Shown piece by piece: positions 29,847-38,150 of a DNA stretch of 64,000 nt (its first letter is position 1; every line of letters begins with the position of its first letter). Under the pieces are notes generated by a model, which saw only the letters and a list, made by a program, of their open reading frames with translations, was not told the DNA's origin and made no database searches. Both the position numbers and the translations under genes were made by a program. Origin of the DNA: a virus; IMG/VR virus record IMGVR_UViG_3300010399_000005, positions 17,642 through 81,641 of that record, one strand, 5' to 3'.

Positions 29847-30385
29847 ATCCAGACCTCCGTGAGTCCGTGGTTGTGTAGAAACACACCGTGAACCTTCTCA
29901 CCCAGGAGCTCGTTCACGGCCATCCGCACTGGGTACGGAGGCTCAGTGCCGGGCACGTGATGCTCGAACCTCTCGACGTTCGTGTCGTGAAAGATCATTA
30001 CACCACCGGGACGCACCCGTGGTGCATACGCGATGATCTCACGCTTCGTCAACTCATACCGATGATCGGTGTCGACAAGAACGCAGTCTACCTGAGTGGG
30101 CAGCTCTTCGAGTACGTGTGGATCGAGGTCATCACCCTGGATGAACGTCCACCGGTTCGGAGGGATACCGTTCCACAGTCGTGCGACGTCGACGGACCAC
30201 AGGTGTCCATCAGTGTGCTCAAGTGCGTGAAGAAGTGCAACGGTCGACGTACCAAAGCGAACACCCAACTCGATGACTGACTTCGCCTTGAGCTCGATGA
30301 CACGCTGCACCAGGTGCTCGAGATGTTCGTTGATGTCCGAGGGTGTGGCGAGCGCAGCTTGATAGAAGTCGTGATAAGTACTCAT
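29843..30385 (-). CDS. Class I SAM-dependent methyltransferase (Methyltransf_24-like)
   Basis: VIELGVRFGTST, LWSVD, VDTDH.YE, VRPGGVMIFHDT. Confidence 0.88.
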   Translation of the reverse strand: MSTYHDFYQAALATPSDINEHLEHLVQRVIELKAKSVIELGVRFGTSTVALLHALEHTDGHLWSVDVARLWNGIPPNRWTFIQGDDLDPHVLEELPTQVDCVLVDTDHRYELTKREIIAYAPRVRPGGVMIFHDTNVERFEHHVPGTEPPYPVRMAVNELLGEKVHGVFLHNHGLTEVWM

Positions 30386-30553
30386 TCGACCTGTGGCATC
30401 ACGAGTGCCCGCACCTTGTTACGAACGACGATCTCGATTCGCCGTTCACTACCGTCGGATGCCGTGTCGCAGATGATGATCTCAGACTCGGCGATCTTAC
30501 CATCAGACACCGCCTCTACCAGAGAGTAGAGAGCGATCATAGGATCCGTCACG

Positions 30554-30751
30554 TCACGCCGTCGTCGTGGTCATAGTGCCGTTGACGTTCTCACGGTGGA
30601 TCGCGGCGAGTCCGTAGTCGGAGAACTCCTTCACATTCCCCTCGGGGTCCGTGATGATGTACTTCGGCTTCAGTGCACCGGCGGCCACCGCTGCAGCCTG
30701 CTGCTGCGTCACCACCTGTCGAGCTTGACCACAGGTACCACAAGCCATCGC
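30554..30751 (-). CDS. Small CxxC protein often found after actinophage proteases
   Basis: AAGGAG RBS then MACGTCGQ..., within ORF 30554..30859. Confidence 0.55.
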   Translation of the reverse strand, partial: AMACGTCGQARQVVTQQQAAAVAAGALKPKYIITDPEGNVKEFSDYGLAAIHRENVNGTMTTTTA

Positions 30752-30794
30752 ATTCTCCTTCGGCTCGAGCGTCGTACGACGATCGTACCAGGTC

Positions 30795-32978
30795 TTACTC
30801 CTCCGGCGGAAGAACCGTAGCGTTCTGATCCATGTTCCATGGATGATGCACAGTCTCATTCACAAAGTTCTTATAACCCTTCACTTCGAAGGGAACAGTA
30901 CTCGTGTAGACGGTGCCCATATCAGTCTTCTTATCATAAGTACCGAGGTTCGCTTCACCGTCACCCGTGTCAACATGCGTCTTACCGTTGCTCTCACGCG
31001 TCTTAAGACTAATGCCACGATCTTTCCCAACACTCTCAATGGCAGCACCATGCGACTTACCATCCTTAACGAGGTCAGCCGCATTCTTACTCGCTGACAA
31101 CCTACCATCAGGATGCGCCTTATCGTAATCACCGCGCTTCTTGAAGATCATCATTTGAGCACTCTCAGAACCGTGACCCTGATGTCCACCGGGTGGACCC
31201 TGGATACCACGCTTCTTAGTGCCTGCGCCACCACCGTCACCACCACCGCCGCCACCACCGCCAGTGGACTTCGCTCCACCAGACTTAGCTCTTGCAGAGG
31301 AACCGCCTCTACCCTTTGTGTACTGGTTATTACCGTTACCGATAAACGTCTCGGCTGCAACACTCGCCTCAACTCGGCGGATCACCAGGGTGCCCGGGGG
31401 ATAGGGCTGGGTAGACGCTTCAACGCGCTCCTCGGTGGCGACGCCAGCGGCAACCAGCGCGGTCCAGGGGCCCTCTTCGGTGGAGGCCGCAACGCGCATC
31501 CTCGGGATCGGGAATCCCGGCACGTTCACCCCCAGCACAGCGACGAGACGAAGCTTCCCGGCGATGACTCGCCAGTCACCCGACAGCGACGCGCCTCGCA
31601 GTTCACGAAGCCGCTCTTCATCGACGTTCGGCCGGACCGCACCCGCGACCCAGATGCCGTGTGCGTCCTCACCAACGTTGATGTCACACGCGGCCAGACC
31701 GGTGTTGTCGTAGTGAGCGGCGGCCGGCACGGCGCCCAGTGTGGTTGAGGCGTGACCAGTACCGAACGTGATCGTGCCAACCGCGACGCTCTCATCCTCC
31801 CTGGTGCGAAGCTCGTGACGAAGGAAGTAAGCGTGATCACGTTCCTTCGGTGGTGTGATGCAGCGATTGGGAAAGGTCGTGTGGCACGTTCCCCAGAGAG
31901 CGAGGTGCCCGAACACCTGACCGTCATCGGTGATGGTGAACGGTGTTGCTTGTGGGAGCTTCGGGTCGGTGAACCAGTCGCTAGGTGGGTAGACCGGAAC
32001 TCCCGCCGAGGTCAACGCATCACGGTCCTGCACGATGTTCTCCGGGTCGCTCTCGTACGGTTCGGTCCCATCATCGATGAGAGCGAGTGGATCACCTGCC
32101 GCCGCCAGTGGCACCGACAGCGCCTCATCTTCATCGATGAGTTGCAGTCGTCCCTCCACCAGTGCGGGAAGTCGACACATCGTCACACCACGAATGCGAC
32201 CACCGTGAAACACCCTCTTCTCAGGTGCACCGAGAATGAACTTTGGAACAGTGCCGTCGCCGACATCGGTGGGAGCGTCATCCAGGGTCTCATCGGGAAA
32301 GACGAGCTCGACCTTCTGCACCGAGTCGATGTCGGCCGACAAGCCACCAGCGTAGCCACCCTTCGTCAGGCGGACCACCTCACGGCCGTTGTCCGAACCG
32401 AGGTCGAGGACTCCCCACGCGTGGATGTCCGCTGTGCCATCGTCCTTGTGAACTCGCTCGATGTGGTTCACACGACCAACCGTCACAGCCTCCTCGTGCT
32501 GTGGGAGATCCTTCGGCTGCCAGCTCAGGAGGATCAAGCTGGTCGTAGGATCCTCCCACGTCAGGGAGTCGACGGCGAACTCACGACCATCCCCGGTCTC
32601 ACTGCCCTCGGTGAGGATGATCCCGTGCCAGGGCTTGATGGGTAGGAGTTCATCGGTATCCGCGGTCTCGATGGCGTACGTCTGCCACTTAGGTACGCAC
32701 TTACCCTTCACCATCTTGTGGTCTGAAGAGCACGGCTGGTTCTCCTTCAGCCGCTTATCCGGCGACGTCCCAGGGGAGGGATCACCACCGAGCTTCTCGA
32801 CGATGCCCACGCCTAGGGAGAGGAGCGACTCGGCCTGTGCATAGAGCGCCGCGACCTGTCGATCAGCTGCCTCCTCGGTGGGATGACACCCAGCGACTTC
32901 ATCGTCGGCGTCCCTCACCACCGCCCAGGGTCGCGAGGAAGGACAGTCTTCACGGTTCTGCTCGACGTGCCAGGGCAC
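30795..32978 (-). CDS. Capsid maturation protease-like protein with appended C-terminal domain
   Basis: EGSETGDGREF, GLSADID, GHLALWGTCH, GEDAHGIWVAG, LSGDWR, VNVPGFP motifs; follows portal/MuF; Gly-rich linker and Lys-rich extension. Confidence 0.8.
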   Translation of the reverse strand: MPWHVEQNREDCPSSRPWAVVRDADDEVAGCHPTEEAADRQVAALYAQAESLLSLGVGIVEKLGGDPSPGTSPDKRLKENQPCSSDHKMVKGKCVPKWQTYAIETADTDELLPIKPWHGIILTEGSETGDGREFAVDSLTWEDPTTSLILLSWQPKDLPQHEEAVTVGRVNHIERVHKDDGTADIHAWGVLDLGSDNGREVVRLTKGGYAGGLSADIDSVQKVELVFPDETLDDAPTDVGDGTVPKFILGAPEKRVFHGGRIRGVTMCRLPALVEGRLQLIDEDEALSVPLAAAGDPLALIDDGTEPYESDPENIVQDRDALTSAGVPVYPPSDWFTDPKLPQATPFTITDDGQVFGHLALWGTCHTTFPNRCITPPKERDHAYFLRHELRTREDESVAVGTITFGTGHASTTLGAVPAAAHYDNTGLAACDINVGEDAHGIWVAGAVRPNVDEERLRELRGASLSGDWRVIAGKLRLVAVLGVNVPGFPIPRMRVAASTEEGPWTALVAAGVATEERVEASTQPYPPGTLVIRRVEASVAAETFIGNGNNQYTKGRGGSSARAKSGGAKSTGGGGGGGGDGGGAGTKKRGIQGPPGGHQGHGSESAQMMIFKKRGDYDKAHPDGRLSASKNAADLVKDGKSHGAAIESVGKDRGISLKTRESNGKTHVDTGDGEANLGTYDKKTDMGTVYTSTVPFEVKGYKNFVNETVHHPWNMDQNATVLPPEE

Positions 32979-33032
32979 TGGATACCTCCACGGTCGGTGG
33001 TAGCACTATATACCACCTAGGAGAGGTCTCGA

Positions 33033-33173
33033 CTAGTGCTCCTCGTCGTCCTCCGCCTCGGCGGCGAGACGGTCGATCTCATCATCGAGTTCCTTGCGTC
33101 GCTTATCTTCCTCCTCCGGCGTCCCACTCACACGGAAGTCGAAGTCACTGATGCGTTCCTCAGCTGAAGCCAT
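33033..33173 (-). CDS. 46-aa highly acidic protein (candidate ART inhibitor/immunity)
   Basis: MASAEERISDFDFRVSGTPEEEDKRRKELDDEIDRLAAEAEDDEEH; TAGAAT 6 nt before the ATG; below the ORF-track size cutoff. Confidence 0.5.
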   Translation of the reverse strand: MASAEERISDFDFRVSGTPEEEDKRRKELDDEIDRLAAEAEDDEEH

Positions 33174-33193
33174 GCTTCCATTCTATCGTCAGT

Positions 33194-35338
33194 TCACAGC
33201 ATATCGAACTCGTGAACACCGTTCTCATTACGACCTATGAACTTCAACTGGGTACCACGTGGGAAGATCAACTCCTTCTCACTCTCGGTACCGGCGATCA
33301 TCTTCTTCCCCTTCGGGACGTTGATGTGCATCAACACACCACCCGTTCCGCCGTAGTCGAGTCCCGCAAAGTTCTTAGCAGTGTATGTGCTCGTCGTGGT
33401 CGACATGAAGCCATCTTCAGTGATCGTCGTACCAGGCTTGAGTGCCCTAAGCTTGTTCCCAAGACCACTCTTCACACCGCGTTGCACCATCATCGGAGCG
33501 CTGTTCGTCGTACCGATCACGTCGAACGACTTATCGAGACCCTTCACATGCAACGCGTAACCCGAGCTTAGACTACGCTCTCGCAGCCCGGTGTTGATGG
33601 GATGGTAGCCACTACCTGTGTAAGATGAGTGAGCTTGAACGATGTGGTTCTCTTCATCAGTTCGACGCTCATAGGGCTTCTTCTTAATGATGTCCCGGTT
33701 CTTCGCGACACGGTCACGTACGATGTCGGCGTTCTTCTGCCGTGCTGTCTTTGAGAGCTTGCTACCGGTAGACGTAGTCTTTCCAACTTCGCCACCACTC
33801 GCCTTGTTGATTCGCTTCGACGCTTTAACCTTGACGTAGTACGCCTTCTTGGTGTACTCCGTCGAGCTGATCTCGCCACTCTTAAGCTTGGCGTTGAGGT
33901 CGGAGTACTCCTTCGTCTCGGCCTCGTTGAACTGATGAGGTCCAACCTCACTCGGCTTAAGAAGCTTCTTCTTACGCTCCACTGAAGCCCAAGGAGCAGT
34001 ACCGCTTCCGGTCTTCTTAAGTACATCCTTATGATATGTGACCGGTCCGTACTTCGTCTCGACGACGAGGTAGTCACCGTCTTCACGGATAACCTTACCC
34101 TTACTACCGGCGGCCGAGGTGACCTCATCACCCACCTTGATCTTCCCGGTGTCCCCACCGACTGAAGACTTCGGTTCCTTTACCTCTGAGGTCTTCTTAG
34201 TCGTACCGCCCGCCTTCGCACCGTTCGCTTTGTTGATGCGCTTGGCGGCCTTCACCTTGACGTAGTAGGACTTATACTTGAACTCTTTCTCAGAGATGGC
34301 GCCACTCGCGTACTGTTGAGCGATGTCATTGAACTCATTGAACTCTTCGTCATTGAAGTGCTGCCCACCGATCGCACTCGGCTTGATCGGCTTCTTACCC
34401 TCACCTCCGCTTGCCTCACTTCCACCAGAGGATCCACCTCCTCCCTTAGGTGCGAAACGTCCGTGGTTGTCACGAACGTAACGGTCCCCACCCTTGACGA
34501 ACGTCTCGACAGCAGCACTCGATCTAAGTGATATGTCTTCATACTCCCAGGTCACCGTGCAGCGACAGTTCACACGGTTGGCGGCCGACGCATCGGGATC
34601 ACCGGGGTAGCTGAGCTTCTCACCACCCACTCGAAAGTCGCCGAAGAAGTCCACGACCTGACCGTCGGCAGCACGGTGAGAGACCCTCGTGCGTGAGTCA
34701 TGCGTTGAGAGCCAGACCTTGCGCTGTGGTGCGTTGGGTCCTAAGAGCAGGAGCTGCTGGTAGGCTCCGGCGTTGGACGCCCCGATGACCTCGGTCCGTG
34801 CGATGGTCCGAGCACGAGTGTCCGTCGTGCCCAGGACCTCCTTGACGCGCAACGAGAGCTGTGGAATCGACTCACCCAGCTGCATACCCTGGATCAGCTC
34901 ATCCCGAGTCTTCTTCCACATGTCATCGCCGACGCCGACGAGTTGGTTCTCGACCTGCGTGAGGAAGTGCTGAGCTTGAGGATGTGAAAGGTCGAAGAGC
35001 ACTGGAGCCTGGACCGAGATCTCGTGTAGGACACGGTCCGCTGAGAGACGCATCACATCTTCCAGCTCGGGTATGATCGTCTTCTTCACCTCGGCTCGCC
35101 ACGCTCTCTCAATGAGCACGAGTTGATCCAGTGAGAGAGTCGTGGGAAGGATCGGTGAGATGGGCGTCGAAGGTGGAGTGTAGGGCGGAGGAGGTCCCGA
35201 CTCAGGTGCAGCGTCGGCAGCGGTAAGTGTAGTAAGCTCCTTGATCTTCCGCTCAATCTCAGCGAGCCGACGATCCTCGACCTCACGTGAATCGGCGACA
35301 CGAAACGCTTCATCAATGAAGCGTGTGGGTACACTCAC
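33194..35338 (-). CDS. MuF (SPP1 gp7-like) minor head protein fused to a C-terminal ADP-ribosyltransferase
   Basis: RARTIARTE, KVWLSTHDSRTRVSH, YPGDP, NCRC (MuF); then YTGSGY..IN..LR, VQRG, FMSTT, EKELIFPRG (VIP2/C3-like R-S-E ART). Confidence 0.9.
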   Translation of the reverse strand: MSVPTRFIDEAFRVADSREVEDRRLAEIERKIKELTTLTAADAAPESGPPPPYTPPSTPISPILPTTLSLDQLVLIERAWRAEVKKTIIPELEDVMRLSADRVLHEISVQAPVLFDLSHPQAQHFLTQVENQLVGVGDDMWKKTRDELIQGMQLGESIPQLSLRVKEVLGTTDTRARTIARTEVIGASNAGAYQQLLLLGPNAPQRKVWLSTHDSRTRVSHRAADGQVVDFFGDFRVGGEKLSYPGDPDASAANRVNCRCTVTWEYEDISLRSSAAVETFVKGGDRYVRDNHGRFAPKGGGGSSGGSEASGGEGKKPIKPSAIGGQHFNDEEFNEFNDIAQQYASGAISEKEFKYKSYYVKVKAAKRINKANGAKAGGTTKKTSEVKEPKSSVGGDTGKIKVGDEVTSAAGSKGKVIREDGDYLVVETKYGPVTYHKDVLKKTGSGTAPWASVERKKKLLKPSEVGPHQFNEAETKEYSDLNAKLKSGEISSTEYTKKAYYVKVKASKRINKASGGEVGKTTSTGSKLSKTARQKNADIVRDRVAKNRDIIKKKPYERRTDEENHIVQAHSSYTGSGYHPINTGLRERSLSSGYALHVKGLDKSFDVIGTTNSAPMMVQRGVKSGLGNKLRALKPGTTITEDGFMSTTTSTYTAKNFAGLDYGGTGGVLMHINVPKGKKMIAGTESEKELIFPRGTQLKFIGRNENGVHEFDML

Positions 35339-36021
35339 GTGATCACCTCAGCATCGAAGACCTCAGCACCGAGCGCTGTCTCGGTCGATCTTCCCGTGAT
35401 CTTATAGCGAGTGCCGCGGTTGAGGATGAGCTCTCCTTGTTGCTCCATACCACCAACGACAGGTGTCCCCGCTGGCACCTTGATCTTAAGCCTCACATTA
35501 CCGAACTCGAAGCCGTTCGCCGACGTCGACATGTACCCATCTTCTACGAGCTCGGTCCCGGTGCTCGTGTTGAGTCCCGAGTGTCGTTGAAGACTACGTG
35601 TAACGGTGACGTCACTGGTGGATCGCACGCTCGAGTGACTGAACACTTGATCCATACCCTTGATGGCCTCGGCCGAGTTCGCATCCATCTCACGTAAACC
35701 ACGAAGAGAGCGATTCATCCCCTCGTAACCACCACCCATGTACTGCAGTCGAGCCATCTTACCCTCGGGCGTCGCCGTCTCATTGAAGTGTGCCTGTGCT
35801 TCAGCGTGTAGGTCTTCCGCACTCGACGCATCGACGCTCTTTACACTACCGTGACCGTGAGTACGCTGGTCGTGATGAGCACCTAGGTGAAGAGTCTCGA
35901 TGCTCGCAGTCAGAGCCTCAGTCGTACCAGCCTTGATAGCACGTCGTAGCGCTCGAGCGACGAGTGCGTCGAAGTGCTCGACAAGTAGATCAAGCTCTTC
36001 CTCGCTAAGAACAATCGGCAC
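35335..36021 (-). CDS. ADP-ribosyltransferase (VIP2/C3-like)
   Basis: Y.GGGY..MN.SLRG, VTRS, GYMSTS, QGELILNRGT. Confidence 0.8.
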   Translation of the reverse strand: MPIVLSEEELDLLVEHFDALVARALRRAIKAGTTEALTASIETLHLGAHHDQRTHGHGSVKSVDASSAEDLHAEAQAHFNETATPEGKMARLQYMGGGYEGMNRSLRGLREMDANSAEAIKGMDQVFSHSSVRSTSDVTVTRSLQRHSGLNTSTGTELVEDGYMSTSANGFEFGNVRLKIKVPAGTPVVGGMEQQGELILNRGTRYKITGRSTETALGAEVFDAEVIT

Positions 36022-37903
36022 AGTCCACCGTGCCTCTTACGAGCCGTTCCAGGGTCCCACGGTCGTACTCCACCCCTTCATTCAACATCGTCCGACAGTA
36101 GCTCCCAAGCTCACGCACGGTCAGCACTGGGTCCAGGCCGATGTCACCTAGCGTCGCGAGTGCAAGACGAAAGACTCCCTCAAGTGGGTCGACCTTAGCC
36201 GAACCCTTCATACGGTTCCTCGCCACCTCAAGAGCTCGCTTCACATGTCCCTCAAGCACGAGCACACGTGCACGGTCGATCGTCAGCTGCTCGGGAGGTT
36301 CATCATCAACAGACGTCGGCTTCGGCGGTGGACCCTCACCGGTATCATCGGTAGGAGGAGGCTCAGGTGCACCCTCACCCGACACACTCGGACTGGTGAC
36401 TGTGATCGGCGTCGGTGTGACCTCGGGAAGCGTGATACCCAGGCCCTTGAGTGCGGCGGCCGCGAGTGTGGAGTCACTGACGAGCTTACGAAACGCCCAG
36501 GCCGCGAGCTCTTCATCGTCAGGAGCGTCGGACTCGGCGAACCCGAGAACACGCCGAGTCGAGTCGCCGCCTAGCTCACCTCGATCATAGAGGTCGAGAG
36601 CGGGCTTCGACTGGTCGGGCTTCGCTGACATCGCACTGGTGTCGGCCCAGAGAACGATGTCCTCGGTATCTTCACCCTGTGCCTTGAGCACCGGTGTGAG
36701 GTAGTTGCGCGTGAGATCGCCAGTGATGAGCTCGAGCAGTGGTTCGGCGTGGACGTTGATCGCGTCCTCACTGATCTGCCACGCGTTCCAGTGCGTGAGG
36801 TCGCCCATGCCCATGATGACCTCGGGTGGCACATCCAGCGCCGTGGCCACGCGCTTCTGCGCCGATTCTCGCATCTCCAGGATACGATCGGACAGCTCCG
36901 TCGACCAGTTCACCAGCTTGAACTTGTCGACGTGCTCAGCGGGCACCTCAACGGGTATCGGAACGATCTGTGCCGCAGTTCCTGGCTGTCGAACGGCCGT
37001 CATCATGACGTTCAGCACTTCGGTGATGAAGGGGTGCTGTCCCTGTGTCTCAGTCGGAGCGGTCGGAAACCGAGCCTCTGTGGGGAACACGAGTAGACCT
37101 GCACCGGCGAGCCTCGACACAAGGGTGGCGTCGATGTACTGGTTGATGCGGCGTAGCTCGCGGAGCGCACCGATGGCCGCGTGTGTCGGGCTGTCAGGCT
37201 TCCAGAACCAGCGCTGGTGGGGTCGCCAGAACTTGACGACCATCGTGTCCTCAGGTGGAAGAGTCTTCCACGCACCCTCATCATACTGAAGCTCATAGAC
37301 CGGGGGTGAGTTCGGAGTGGCTGGGTTCTTAAGACGTAGGACGTCTTGGCTTACGACTCGCCACTGGTCGTCGGCGTTGTCGGTGTCGGGCGTGATGTCA
37401 GCCAGGCCGCTTGAACCGAGTAGGTACCCGACGCCCGGGACGGACAGCTGCACCACGAATGAGCGCAGTAGTTGTGACTGTCCCTCGACTCCACCAGCGA
37501 GCGCTTCGACGGCGTCGACCGCCGGGCCGCTCTCCAGAGGCTCAGGCTCCGTGTCACCACTGACAACCTTTGCAGCGCGAAGCCTCGCCTTGCTGATGAG
37601 GTTTGAGAGCCAAGTGACACCGAACTTCAACCCCTCTCCGTCGGGTCCGTCATAGAAGTCCCAAGCTTCACTCTGCCAGTTGTCACGGCTGCGAGCTGGG
37701 TCGTCCATCCGAGTGCCGGGCAAGACTCGTGACGCCGCGACGAGTGCACCCGAGTGCATCACAACGTTCGAGTCGTCGGGTCCAGGAAGTACCACCACTT
37801 GTGCTTCAGAGCGGTCCACGTGTCTTGTCCTCGAAGTCCTTCTGGAGATTCGTCTTAATCCAGAACACCAGGTTGACGAGCTCCCCTGTGAGTCCAGCCA
37901 CAA
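36005..37903 (-). CDS. Portal protein
   Basis: WQSEAWDFYD, WRPH, SRLAGAGLL.FP, ATALDVPPE, HWNAWQI motifs of actinophage portals; follows terminase; real start is probably near 37800. Confidence 0.88.
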   Translation of the reverse strand: MWLDSQGSSSTWCSGLRRISRRTSRTRHVDRSEAQVVVLPGPDDSNVVMHSGALVAASRVLPGTRMDDPARSRDNWQSEAWDFYDGPDGEGLKFGVTWLSNLISKARLRAAKVVSGDTEPEPLESGPAVDAVEALAGGVEGQSQLLRSFVVQLSVPGVGYLLGSSGLADITPDTDNADDQWRVVSQDVLRLKNPATPNSPPVYELQYDEGAWKTLPPEDTMVVKFWRPHQRWFWKPDSPTHAAIGALRELRRINQYIDATLVSRLAGAGLLVFPTEARFPTAPTETQGQHPFITEVLNVMMTAVRQPGTAAQIVPIPVEVPAEHVDKFKLVNWSTELSDRILEMRESAQKRVATALDVPPEVIMGMGDLTHWNAWQISEDAINVHAEPLLELITGDLTRNYLTPVLKAQGEDTEDIVLWADTSAMSAKPDQSKPALDLYDRGELGGDSTRRVLGFAESDAPDDEELAAWAFRKLVSDSTLAAAALKGLGITLPEVTPTPITVTSPSVSGEGAPEPPPTDDTGEGPPPKPTSVDDEPPEQLTIDRARVLVLEGHVKRALEVARNRMKGSAKVDPLEGVFRLALATLGDIGLDPVLTVRELGSYCRTMLNEGVEYDRGTLERLVRGTVDCADCS

Positions 37904-38150
37904 GAGCGGCCGCTGGCACGAGCAGTACCGGTACTGAGAGACGAACGTCTAGAAGTCGAGCACCGATCACGCTGACTAGTGAGACCCAGAAGCCGGTACA
38001 CCACCAGCACGTCAGGAGGTACATCATCGAGCCACCGTCTCTCGCCCAGTGCATCAGACGACTACGCGTCCAGTCGATGGGTGGAAACTCAGATGCGACG
38101 ACGAGGTAAGTGAGGTACGTGACCGCCAGTACGACGAGTAGCTCATTCAC
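37806..38150 (-). CDS. DUF1360-like membrane protein
   Basis: YLLTCWWCTGFWVS (CxWC) between hydrophobic helices; between terminase and portal. Confidence 0.7.
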   Translation of the reverse strand: MNELLVVLAVTYLTYLVVASEFPPIDWTRSRLMHWARDGGSMMYLLTCWWCTGFWVSLVSVIGARLLDVRLSVPVLLVPAAALVAGLTGELVNLVFWIKTNLQKDFEDKTRGPL

